A stretch of 63,937 bases of DNA, counting the filler, from Myxococcota bacterium (GTDB lineage Bacteria > Myxococcota_C > UBA6777), in the NCBI GenBank assembly GCA_023150835.1. It is 7 parts of 7 records of this genome, joined end to end, with 100 filler letters (N's around TTAATTAATTAA, not from the genome) between each part and the next. Parts side by side here need not be neighbours in the genome. Positions count along the whole stretch, not along the records: positions 8,838 to 17,558 come from JAKLKB010000186.1; positions 17,659 to 26,337 come from JAKLKB010000187.1; 5 more parts are not named here. The stretch is one strand, 5' to 3'. Positions 9,256 to 18,423 of the stretch are shown here, piece after piece (position 1 is the first letter of the stretch; every line of letters starts with the position of its first letter). Both the position numbers and the translations under genes were made by a program. Below the pieces are notes generated by a model. It worked only from the letters and a program-made list of their open reading frames with translations. It had not been told where the DNA came from and ran no database searches.

Positions 9256-9444
9256 GCTGGGTGGTCTCAAATCAAACTTCTGATCTGCTTCGTTGGACCT
9301 ATGATCTGCCCTCTGCGACTTGGCTTGACTTCTCTGACACCAAAAACGTAAAGTGAAACCCCGAGGCGTTCCATCCCCCACAACACTCACCCCTCGCTCA
9401 CCCAAACTCTGTTCACCCCCTCGAATCCACAGGATGCTGCGACC

Positions 9445-10731
9445 ATGCGATCTCGCCTGATGTTTTGGTTTTATCACCCAAAGACTCTGTACCATGTTGT
9501 CCTTGGACTCGGTGTCTGCGCGATCTTGCTCATGGCTCAGGCTTTTTCTGCCCCGCCGACTTCTCGGCCTGCCCCACCTACAAAAACTTCGAGAACTCCG
9601 CTTTTTGAACAAGGGCAGCGTCCGTTGCGCGGCGTTCGGCCCCTTCCGCGTCCCTCTCCTTCGAGTCACCCGCTTTCTGCCTCTCAATGCCTACCTTGTC
9701 ACCGAACCGCCTTTGATCAGTGGAAAACATCCCGCCACGCCGTCGCTTTCACCAACCGCCACTTTCAAGTCTCCCTCCAACACAGCCCTTATCGCTGGTG
9801 TGTTCACTGCCACAGCCCTCTTCCAGAGCAGTTTAACGAGATCCGTTCGTGGCTACGCGATGATCCAGCCCGCTCGCCTTCGGCGAAGTCTGCGCAATCC
9901 GCTCACCCGCCCGTTCTTCCGAAGTCTGCGCGAACCGCTCATCCGCCCGTCCTTCCGAAGTCTGAGAAGCCCCAACAACCGCTACACAAAGAAGGGGTCA
10001 ATTGCGCCGTGTGTCACATCCGCGACGGCGTGATCCTCGCCTCCAAACCGCCCACCGCCAAAGCTCTCAAAGATCATCCGATCCGCTACGAGCCTCGACT
10101 CCAAAGCTCCCGATTCTGCGCGGGTTGCCACCAATTCAATCTCGTGACGGCCTTAACAAAACCGGCAAGCCCGACGGATATCCCGCTCCAAGACACCCTC
10201 GCCGAGTGGAAAACATCGTGGGCCAAAGCACAAGGCAAAACCTGCCACTCTTGCCACATGAACAAGGGCAGCCACTTCTTCCTCGGTGCGCACAATCCCA
10301 AGGGCTTAAAGCGATCCCTTCGGATCCACGTCACCCTGCGCGATCCCCAAACCGTCGATGTGATCGTCCAAAGCCGTCGCGTTGGCCATGCGATCCCCAC
10401 AGGCGATCCTTTTCGACGCTTGATCCTCTCGATCTTTGCAAAGGTCGGCGACACCCAAGCGATCGCCTCCTTCACATTTGAAAAGATCTTCCGTGTCAAA
10501 AACCAGCGCTGGTATGTTTGGAAAGACGACCGTATCCCGACTCCCACAACCTCGAAGATCGGGGAAAAGCGGCTCACGCTGAAGCTTCCCGCACCACAAA
10601 CCTCGATCCATTGGGAGTTTTCCTACTACTACGCCGAGTTCCAGCACCACACCTTTTTGACGCCCTCAGAGATCCGCCTTCGTATCGCCAGCGGGCGTTC
10701 TGCATACCCACCCAAGGGGCAAAAACCATGA
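9445..10731 (+). CDS. multiheme c-type cytochrome (5 CxxCH; c554/c552-like)
   Basis: CLPCH, CVHCH, CAVCH, CAGCH, CHSCH; QWKTSRHA and GHAIPTGD motifs; N-terminal signal/TM. Confidence 0.9.
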   Translation: MRSRLMFWFYHPKTLYHVVLGLGVCAILLMAQAFSAPPTSRPAPPTKTSRTPLFEQGQRPLRGVRPLPRPSPSSHPLSASQCLPCHRTAFDQWKTSRHAVAFTNRHFQVSLQHSPYRWCVHCHSPLPEQFNEIRSWLRDDPARSPSAKSAQSAHPPVLPKSARTAHPPVLPKSEKPQQPLHKEGVNCAVCHIRDGVILASKPPTAKALKDHPIRYEPRLQSSRFCAGCHQFNLVTALTKPASPTDIPLQDTLAEWKTSWAKAQGKTCHSCHMNKGSHFFLGAHNPKGLKRSLRIHVTLRDPQTVDVIVQSRRVGHAIPTGDPFRRLILSIFAKVGDTQAIASFTFEKIFRVKNQRWYVWKDDRIPTPTTSKIGEKRLTLKLPAPQTSIHWEFSYYYAEFQHHTFLTPSEIRLRIASGRSAYPPKGQKP

Positions 10732-11942
10732 TCCGAACCTTTGTCGCTTGCGTTTTGTTGTGTCTCTGTGTTTCAGTCGCAAGTCCCGCCTACGCGATCC
10801 CGCCGCTGTTGCCGCTGTTGTGCCGCCCTTGCACGCAAAGCACCTCTTGCGGACAAGGCCAGCTTTGTTGGGGCAGCAAAACAGGCATGGGAACCTGCCT
10901 ACAAGCCTGTTCTTCGGAGGGTTCGTGTTTTCCGGGCTTTCGCTGCGCCACGCTCGCAGCGGGTTTGAAGTACTGCCTCCCTGAAAAGAATTGCGACATG
11001 ACGTGCAACCAAACCTCGGAGTGTCCGACGGGATACGCCTGCACAGAAAACCGCTGCCTCCGCTCCAACGGCGGACAAGAAGGCGACCTTTGCGACGCCA
11101 AAGCTCCTTGCTCCGCCAACCTCACCTGCGCCAGCGATGAAGGGGCTTCCCGCTGTGTTTCGTTGTGCAGCCCCCAAACCACCCCGCCCCCTTGCGCTGC
11201 GGGCTTTCGCTGCCGCCCCTTTGAGGCCACGAGATACGGATGTTTTCGAGAGATCGGTTCGCAAAAAAGCGGCGAACGCTGTTCGCTGTTTTTGCCTTGT
11301 GAGGCGGGTTCAGAGTGCCGAAAGTCCTCCTCCGATGTACCCGCCCTCTGCTACAAATCTTGCCGCTTCCCCAACCCCGACACCACCACCTGCAAAGGTC
11401 TCGGAACCTGCGACTTTATCGGACGAACAGGAAACTACTGTTTCTGCGAAAAAGACGCCGACTGCGACAACAAAAAACAGTGCATCCTGATCCAAGGCCC
11501 GTTCCAGCGCGGTCTTTGCCAAGCGGGAGACCAAACCACCTGCACAACAGACGCAGACTGCATCGAAGACACCACCTGCGTCCAAGGCCGCTGTGCCTTT
11601 CCTTCGACCACCGAGCCCGCACCCGAACTTACCGCCGAAACCATCCAAGAATCCACCCCAGAACCCACAAGCTCTGAGCCGACCCAAGAGCCTTCCACAG
11701 ATCAAGCAACCACCGAACCGAATCGCGAACCCCTCGCAGACCAAGCAACCACCGATTCGAGCGACGGGCCGACCCCTGAAATTCCAACAGAAATCCGCGT
11801 TGGAACGGACGTCTCGATCGATCGAGGTGCCTGCCATTGCCAGAGCGCCGATCCACTGCCTTTGGGCCTTGGCCTCGGCTTGATCGGACTGTGGCTGCTG
11901 TTTCGTCGCCGACGCTCCAACGCACCACCCTCTGCCCTATAA
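10728..11942 (+). CDS. Cys-rich surface protein with MYXO-CTERM-like sorting tail
   Basis: ATGA overlap with the cytochrome stop; signal peptide; Cys repeats; Pro/Glu/Thr stalk; C-terminal GACHC...LGLIGLWLLFRRRR. Confidence 0.85.
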   Translation: MIRTFVACVLLCLCVSVASPAYAIPPLLPLLCRPCTQSTSCGQGQLCWGSKTGMGTCLQACSSEGSCFPGFRCATLAAGLKYCLPEKNCDMTCNQTSECPTGYACTENRCLRSNGGQEGDLCDAKAPCSANLTCASDEGASRCVSLCSPQTTPPPCAAGFRCRPFEATRYGCFREIGSQKSGERCSLFLPCEAGSECRKSSSDVPALCYKSCRFPNPDTTTCKGLGTCDFIGRTGNYCFCEKDADCDNKKQCILIQGPFQRGLCQAGDQTTCTTDADCIEDTTCVQGRCAFPSTTEPAPELTAETIQESTPEPTSSEPTQEPSTDQATTEPNREPLADQATTDSSDGPTPEIPTEIRVGTDVSIDRGACHCQSADPLPLGLGLGLIGLWLLFRRRRSNAPPSAL

Positions 11943-12033
11943 ACCGAGCCATTGGACTTCTTCCAACAGCCTCCACTGCCCCACCCTACCGAAGAAACCA
12001 TCGACAACCCCGATCCCCATCCCAAGGACGTTT

Positions 12034-13911
12034 ATGACACGCTACTTTTTCAATCGCCCGATCCAGATCGATCCCCAAGACCTCCAAACCTTCGATCGCT
12101 ATCGCCCGATCATCGAGGACTGGGAGGCTTTTCTCGATTCCTTGCGACGGCCTCTCCCCTTCACGGTCTGGACCAACACGCTCCGCACCACCGCCCAAGA
12201 ACTCCAAGAACACCTTCACACCGAAGGGATCGCTCTTTCTCCTGTGTCTTGGTATCCCGATGCTTTTTTCTGGCAAACCCCCGAAGAACGTACAGGTAGC
12301 ACGATCGCCTACCAAGCGGGCCTATACCACGTCCAAGAAGAAGTCTCGATGCTCTCAGGCTTTTTGTTGGATGCCCAACCTCGCGAACGTGTCGTCGATA
12401 TGTGCGCCGCCCCCGGCAACAAAACCGCCCAGATTGCGGTACAGATGCAAAATACAGGAACACTGATCGCAAATGACCGAAGCCTCGGTCGTATCAAAGC
12501 GATGCGCCGTGTTCTCGAACGATTGGGCGTCTACAACACCACCCTGCTTTGCGAGGATGCCGGCAATCTCCCCAAACGCAGCGGCCCCTTTGATCGCGTC
12601 ATGGTCGATGTTCCTTGTTCTTGTGAAGGCACTTCACGCAAAAACCCCGGTGTTCTCAGAAAACTCTGCAACCTCCCGTACGATCAACTCGGCGGCCTCC
12701 AACGCGCCATCCTGCGAAAAGCCGTCCTGCTTTGCAAACCGGGCGGACGCATCGTGTACTCCACCTGCACCTACGCCCCCGAAGAAAACGAATGCGTGAT
12801 CGATCACGTCCTCCAGCAATATCCCCCCGATACCTTGCGCGTCATCCCCATCCGTATCCCACATCTCACTACAGCACCCGGCCTTTCCGAATGGAAAAAC
12901 CAACGCTTCGACTCTCGCCTTCAATACGCTGCTCGCCTCTATCCTCATCTCAACGATACTGGCGGCTTTTTCGTTTGCGTCCTCGAAAAAGTCCTCCCCA
13001 TCGAAGAAGACGAAACCACCGCCACTTCACCATCCAACCCCGCTTTCTTCGCTTTCAACCAAGCCCCATCTCAAGACAGCACACCACACACCCCACCCCA
13101 AGACAGCCCGTCACAAGCCCTTCCTCAAGAACAAGCCTCACTCACACAAGCCTCACTCACACAAGCCTCACTCACACAAGCCCTTCCCCAAGAACAAGCC
13201 TCACTCACACAAGCCTCACTCACACAAGCCTCACTCACACAAGCCTCACCCCAAAACACCCCACAAGCCCCCTCTCAGGCCGCCTTTGCACAAGGACAAG
13301 CACAGGCCCAAGCGCAGGCCCAAGCGCAGGCCCAAGCGCACCTCGAAGCCATCACTCTGTCCGATCCAAGCCCATACTTGGCTCTTTTAGAGCAACGGTT
13401 TGGCATCCCTCCTTCGATCTTTTCGCAGATGCGGCTTGTTCAAACCAGCAACAAGGTCATCGCCATGACTTGCCGCGATCATCTTCCACCTGTGCGCCCC
13501 AAGCCCGAGATCATCGGTGTTCCCTTTATGCGCTGCGATTCTGCGCTGCCCAAGATCACCACCAACGCCATCCTCACCTTTGGCCGTTTTGCCACCCAAC
13601 ACATCATCGACCTCACCCCCGAAGAAGCACACGCATACATCAGACGTATCCCGCTCCCCCTCGGTCCCCAGCACCTCCAACGAACCCATCACCACGGCTA
13701 TGTAATCTTGCGCTGTCGCGGGATCATCCTTGGTCTTGGCGTCTTTCGTGGCGATGCCTCGGGAGGCACTCTCGAAAGCCAATTCCCCAAAAGTTGGATG
13801 CTCCAAAACGAATCCACGAACGACACGACAGACGATCCAAGAGAGTCCACAACAGACGGCTTTGACCCGCCCTCCCCGCAAGACCCAAGGCCGTCGAACA
13901 AACAAATCTAG
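12034..13911 (+). CDS. RsmB/NOP2 (RsmF-like) RNA m5C methyltransferase with low-complexity insertion
   Basis: VVDMCAAPGNKT, FDRVMVDVPCSCEG, IVYSTCTYAPEENE, GGFFV motifs; (QASLT)n and (AQ)n insert at about 13070-13340. Confidence 0.92.
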   Translation: MTRYFFNRPIQIDPQDLQTFDRYRPIIEDWEAFLDSLRRPLPFTVWTNTLRTTAQELQEHLHTEGIALSPVSWYPDAFFWQTPEERTGSTIAYQAGLYHVQEEVSMLSGFLLDAQPRERVVDMCAAPGNKTAQIAVQMQNTGTLIANDRSLGRIKAMRRVLERLGVYNTTLLCEDAGNLPKRSGPFDRVMVDVPCSCEGTSRKNPGVLRKLCNLPYDQLGGLQRAILRKAVLLCKPGGRIVYSTCTYAPEENECVIDHVLQQYPPDTLRVIPIRIPHLTTAPGLSEWKNQRFDSRLQYAARLYPHLNDTGGFFVCVLEKVLPIEEDETTATSPSNPAFFAFNQAPSQDSTPHTPPQDSPSQALPQEQASLTQASLTQASLTQALPQEQASLTQASLTQASLTQASPQNTPQAPSQAAFAQGQAQAQAQAQAQAQAHLEAITLSDPSPYLALLEQRFGIPPSIFSQMRLVQTSNKVIAMTCRDHLPPVRPKPEIIGVPFMRCDSALPKITTNAILTFGRFATQHIIDLTPEEAHAYIRRIPLPLGPQHLQRTHHHGYVILRCRGIILGLGVFRGDASGGTLESQFPKSWMLQNESTNDTTDDPRESTTDGFDPPSPQDPRPSNKQI

Positions 13912-14435
13912 CGGCGACAGTTGCAGACGGACACCAAGCCGGTCGTGAGGCGCTTGACTCTCCATTGGCCGGTCCAAACGAGTCCTCTTTTTTGGCACAC
14001 AGCGGGGCAGTTTCGTTTTGCCTCTTCGTTGTTTCGGATCCTGCCTGCCTCCACATCGATCGTGATGACAGGTGCTCGTTTGGCGGTCTGTTGAGCCTCT
14101 TTGGCCGTGCGTTGCTTGGCAGCGCGTTGTTCGGCGGCCCGTTGGGCCTCTTTGGCAACACGTTGTTTGTCGGCGCGTTGTTTGGCGGCCCGTTGGGCCT
14201 CTTGGTTGGCAGGAGCGCAACTACAGACGGCCATGCCAGCAGGGAGGACCCTCCATTGACCGTTCCATTCGCGACTGACCTTCTTGCACATCCCGGGGCA
14301 TGTCACTCGAGCCTGTGCGTCGGTTCGAAGTGGACCAGCCTTCACCTCGATCACTTGGGCCGATGCAGCGGGGGAAAAGGTCATCAGAGAAAAGAACACA
14401 GCGACGGAGACGAAGGGGAACAGCATCTTCTTCAT
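13908..14435 (-). CDS. secreted protein with two MVL-type (mannan-binding lectin) domains
   Basis: AAGGAG RBS; signal peptide; two copies of VxAGx(I/L)...A...CP..C.....WxGQW.......VCxC separated by a charged helical repeat linker. Confidence 0.8.
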   Translation of the reverse strand: MKKMLFPFVSVAVFFSLMTFSPAASAQVIEVKAGPLRTDAQARVTCPGMCKKVSREWNGQWRVLPAGMAVCSCAPANQEAQRAAKQRADKQRVAKEAQRAAEQRAAKQRTAKEAQQTAKRAPVITIDVEAGRIRNNEEAKRNCPAVCQKRGLVWTGQWRVKRLTTGLVSVCNCRR

Positions 14436-14639
14436 CAGAAACTCCTTTGGTGTACGGGGTACAGGCATGGAAAATGGACGCACAAGCAGCGCAAAACAAA
14501 GATATCCTACCTGTTTGGGTAGGACTCTGCGCGCTCGGCTCAGGCTCTGACGAAAAAACAAAAACCTTATTCAAGATGAGGGTGACGCAGTGGCCAAAAA
14601 AAGCCGTATTCGGACTCCCTCAAGCGACAGAGCCTTGGG

Positions 14640-14720
14640 GTTGAAAAACCTGTGATCTGTTCGCCAAACACGGGGTCAAGGGAGCCGCGCTAAGGAAATG
14701 GGGCGTGGGGTGACACCCCA
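14640..14720 (-). repeat. family B palindromic element copy
   Basis: TTGAAAAACC...TTCGCC...GGGGTCAAGGG...GGGGTGACACCCC matches the reverse complement of 51715-51795. Confidence 0.7.
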
Positions 14721-14737
14721 CAAAACCATCCAAATGC

Positions 14738-15757
14738 TTAAGCTCTACCCACGATTTTGTTGTTCAGACATCGCAGACGAGGCGCTTGGGTGACGCAACG
14801 ATCGGTACATGAGGCCGAAGAGACGGGGAAATTTTTGATCATCGCGGGTTTAACGGGTTGTGTGATGGGGCGAGTTGCGAGCCAGTAGCCAAACCCCAAC
14901 ACAAAAAGCCCCACAACACCGCCGATCACGCGGTTGGTGAAGGTATTTGCAGGCAATATCTTCTGAAGAGGCCAAACTTCTTGGCCGAAAAAGTCTTTAG
15001 GAAAGACATCAACACCATGAAAACCGATCTGGGGAGGCGGTTCGACGGGCATCTTGGCAGTTCCAAAGATCCAGTCCCACACGCTAAAGATGATGCCGAA
15101 GTTGACGGCGGTTTTGTCGTCGCTGTCGTAGTGATGATGCCAGAGGTGCATACGTGGGCTGTTGAGGAGATATCGCCACCCGCCATGACCGAGATCGAGG
15201 TTCGCGTGGTTGAGGTGGCCGATCAGCGTCCCAAAGATCGCGTGAAAAAGTAGGGCTTCCATGCCGAAGCCAAAAAACACCAAAGGAAGGTAGGTGACGA
15301 TCTTGTAGACGACCACTTCGGTCCATTGGAAGCGGAAAGAGACGATCCAGTCCATCTCACCGTCCACGACGCTGTGATGGCATTTGTGGAACTCCCACAA
15401 AAAAGGCACGCGGTGTAAGAGATTGTGGACGCACCATTGCACGAAGTCGATCACAAAAAGCGCCACGATGATCTGTAACCAAATCGGCCAGCCGATCGCT
15501 GCGTTGCGATAGACAGAGGCTGTCCAGCCCATGATGGCGAGGAAGTGATCAACGTGGGGCAAGACATAACGCGCCCCAAGGCCCGCAAGGATCAAGCCCA
15601 GAAAATGGGCGTTAAAGATCAAGTGCAAAAAGTCAGACCACAGCGCTTTGCGCCATTGTTTTTGTTCTTTTCGCCAAGGAAACATCCATTCCAAGACTGC
15701 GACAAAGGCCGAGAGGATCGCTAGAGCGATCGGATAGGCATACACCACGAGATCCAC
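14738..15757 (-). CDS. sterol desaturase / fatty acid hydroxylase family membrane protein
   Basis: His boxes HNLLH, HKCHHS, HLNHAN, HLWHH; NFGIIFSVWDWIFGT. Confidence 0.92.
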   Translation of the reverse strand: MDLVVYAYPIALAILSAFVAVLEWMFPWRKEQKQWRKALWSDFLHLIFNAHFLGLILAGLGARYVLPHVDHFLAIMGWTASVYRNAAIGWPIWLQIIVALFVIDFVQWCVHNLLHRVPFLWEFHKCHHSVVDGEMDWIVSFRFQWTEVVVYKIVTYLPLVFFGFGMEALLFHAIFGTLIGHLNHANLDLGHGGWRYLLNSPRMHLWHHHYDSDDKTAVNFGIIFSVWDWIFGTAKMPVEPPPQIGFHGVDVFPKDFFGQEVWPLQKILPANTFTNRVIGGVVGLFVLGFGYWLATRPITQPVKPAMIKNFPVSSASCTDRCVTQAPRLRCLNNKIVGRA

Positions 15758-15900
15758 CCCCTCAATCTCCCCCTGCCAAGGCCAAAAACACGCAGCCTAC
15801 CAACCCAAAAGCTCGAATTATCCGAAGAAACCAAAAAGATCGACTTCGCAAACTCACCTCCCCCTCCAACAACAGGCCCCACAAACCCCACACACCCGAA

Positions 15901-16677
15901 TTAGCGGGATGTCACACGAACACCACGCAACAAACGACCGCAGTATCCGACGACTTCGGCAAGCAAGCCGCCCGCAACGTAGATGGCAAACAATGTCACC
16001 AAAGAAAAGGCGGGCGAAAAGGCCACCGCACCAAAGATCGCAAACCCCATCACCACAGCGATCACGGCCAAAGATTGGGGATTGATGCGGATATCTTTGA
16101 AGGTGCGAAAACGGATCGTGCTTACCATCAGGTAGGACAACACGATCGTCAGGCCCAAGATCCCAAAGCTGCTGTTTTTATACAACGCGCTGCCTGTGCT
16201 CACTTCGTGGTAGATGATGGTCGAGATCAACATCCCTGCGGCCAAAGGAATCGGCAAACCGACAAAGTGACGCGACGCACCACCCGTCTTTTTTTGCATC
16301 TCCATCACGTTGAAACGTGCAAGACGACACGCCCCTGCTCCCGCAAAAGAAAACGCCGCCAACAAGCCCCAAAAACCGAAGTCAGCGAGACCCCATTTGT
16401 ACACCAACAACGCAGGAGCGATCCCAAACGAAACCAGATCCACCAACGAGTCCATCTGCATCCCAAAATCGCTTTGCGTCCCCGTCAAGCGCGCCACGCG
16501 ACCATCCAACATATCGCAGATCGTCGCGAACAACAAAGCAAACCCTGCGTAGACGAACGTCGATTTGTTGGCCGGCGAAGACAACAGCGTGATCGCGTAA
16601 AACCCCGCAAACAAGCTGCTCATCGTAAAAAGATTCGGAAGAATGTACAAAAAGGACGGCGTGGTTTTGCTCTTCAT
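15901..16677 (-). CDS. pssA: CDP-diacylglycerol--serine O-phosphatidyltransferase
   Basis: ILPNLFT, DMLDGRVAR...FGMQMDSLVDLVSFGIAPA, RLARFN, FVGLPIP, LMVSTIRF. Confidence 0.93.
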   Translation of the reverse strand: MKSKTTPSFLYILPNLFTMSSLFAGFYAITLLSSPANKSTFVYAGFALLFATICDMLDGRVARLTGTQSDFGMQMDSLVDLVSFGIAPALLVYKWGLADFGFWGLLAAFSFAGAGACRLARFNVMEMQKKTGGASRHFVGLPIPLAAGMLISTIIYHEVSTGSALYKNSSFGILGLTIVLSYLMVSTIRFRTFKDIRINPQSLAVIAVVMGFAIFGAVAFSPAFSLVTLFAIYVAGGLLAEVVGYCGRLLRGVRVTSR

Positions 16678-17064
16678 CGGAGATCCTCGGCTTGAAAGAG
16701 TAGTGGTCTGTGTCGTGCGCAACCGCACGCAACAATCAAGCCAGCCAAGACAGGCGTCACACTTTGTTCACGGGATTGTCAAAAACTGAGACGTCACAAG
16801 GATCTGTTTTCAGATACTCTGCTTTCAACACACGTTGCTGCTTCTTTTGGGTTGCCCTATCCTCCCAACGAGTGCGCACCTTGGTTCGCACTGCAACCTC
16901 TCCCACGCACTCAAACGATATCCACAAGAAGCATCCACAACGGGCCGAAGTGATCCCTTGTAAATGCCCTTCGGTCGGGCAGCCCCCTGTGACTAACACT
17001 CAGACACTTCCTCTGTAAAGCCCAAATAGCGGAGGAATCTGACAGGGGCAGATGTCGTGTGACG

Positions 17065-17140
17065 CTCACCCCGTCGCTTCGCGACACCCCTCTCCCTGCG
17101 ACGCTCGCAAAGCCTCGCTGCTGCCGCGAGGGGGAGAAAG
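17065..17140. repeat. family D palindromic element (GCTTCGC-loop hairpin)
   Basis: CTCACCCCGTCGCTTCGCGACACCCCTCTCCC; related copy at 24051-24085. Confidence 0.6.
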
Positions 17141-17174
17141 GCAGAAAGTCTGAGCGCACAGAGAAACCCCGTCG

Positions 17175-17558
17175 CCGTACTTTCCGTACTTTCCGTACTT
17201 TCCGTACTTTCCGTACTTTCCGTACTTTTCGTACTTTTCGTACTTTCCGTACTTTCCGTACTTTTCGTACTTTCCGTACTTTCCGTACTTTCCGTACTTT
17301 CCGTACTTTCCGTACTTTCCGTACCTTCCGTACCTTCCGTACTTTCCGTACTTTCCGTACTTTCCGTACCTTCCGTACCTTCCGCACTTTCCGTACATTC
17401 CGTACATTCCGTACATTCCGTACATTCCGTACTTTCCGTACTTTCCGTACTTTCCGTACTTTCCGTACTTTCCGTACTTTCCGTACTTTCCGTACTTTCC
17501 GTACTTTCCGTACTTTCCGTACTTTCCGTACTTTCCGTACTTTCCGTACTTTCCGTAC
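17175..17558. repeat. 9-bp tandem array (CCGTACTTT)n, about 42 copies, runs into contig end
   Basis: Directly visible; variants CCGTACCTT, CCGTACATT, TCGTACTTT. Confidence 0.97.
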
Positions 17559-17658
17559 NNNNNNNNNNNNNNNNNNNNNNNNNNNNNNNNNNNNNNNNNN
17601 NNTTAATTAATTAANNNNNNNNNNNNNNNNNNNNNNNNNNNNNNNNNNNNNNNNNNNN
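17559..17658. other. artificial contig-joining spacer
   Basis: 44 N + TTAATTAATTAA + 44 N. Confidence 0.98.
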
Positions 17659-17906
17659 CACGCTGTATGCACGACGCGCAGACGCTGCCCGTTCCAACTT
17701 CCCCCCGTTCACGGGGGGATTGAGGGGGGGCGACAAAAGAAACGGCGATCAGGCTAGACTATCCGGTGTTTCCACCTTAACAAGGCGCGTATGGGGCTTT
17801 GCCCCACACCCCACAAGGGGCCATAGTCCCCTTGACCCCCTATCGGCGGAACGGACAACAGTGTTTCACACCAACAACTCTGCCGCTTGAGGTGGCGCGA
17901 ACACTG
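17659..17906. mobile_element. family A element (partial, 17659-17790) joined to family B element (17792-17906)
   Basis: Matches about 4287-4417, then GGGGCTTTGCCCC...CAAGGG..CCCTTGACCCC...CGCTTGA..GCGAACAC. Confidence 0.75.
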
Positions 17907-17945
17907 CTTTTCTAAACGGTGTAGCCACCCACTCTCCCCGCGTCG

Positions 17946-18284
17946 CTCTCCGTAGCAAACCGATACACATTTTTTGGCTCTCGGTAACGTACCGACGCCC
18001 ACGCCGCCACCCTCGGTAGCAAACCGATACACATTTTTTGACTCTCGGTAGCGTACCGACAACCACGTTGTCGCTCTCGGTAGCGTACCGACAACCACGC
18101 TGTCGCTCTCGGTAGCGTACCGGCAACCACGCTATCGCTCTCGGTAGCGTACCGACAACCACGCTATCGCTCTCGGTAGCGTACCGACAACCACGCTGTC
18201 ACTCTCGGTAGCGTACCGACAACCACGCTGTCGCTCTCGGTAGCGTACCGACAACCACGTTGTCACTCTCGGTAGCGTACCGAC
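17946..18284. repeat. 32-bp palindromic tandem array, about 11 units
   Basis: Unit CTCTCGGTAGCGTACCGACAACCACGCTGTCG starting at 17946 and every 32 bp to 18266; internal palindrome TCGGTA-GCG-TACCGA. Confidence 0.93.
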
Positions 18285-18423
18285 GAACGGACACGAAAAA
18301 GGCTTGATCTGGGGAAGGGAGCGGCGTAGGATGCGGGTTTTGGAGAGATGTGTTTGCGCGAAGGGTGCTGAAAGGGCTTTTCTGCGAACACGACGCAAGC
18401 ATCGAAGACAAGGAGTTTTTTCC

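Noticed and set aside
16911-17610. ORFs (RKV)n, (TFR)n and (YGK)n
   Set aside because: Translations of the 9-bp array running into a contig end; no evidence of coding.
17946-18284. 32-bp array as a CRISPR array (contains GTAGCGT like the CRISPR repeat start)
   Set aside because: The variable parts are only about 13 bp and mostly identical; no ATTGAAAC end and no adjacent cas genes. Kept as a tandem palindrome array.
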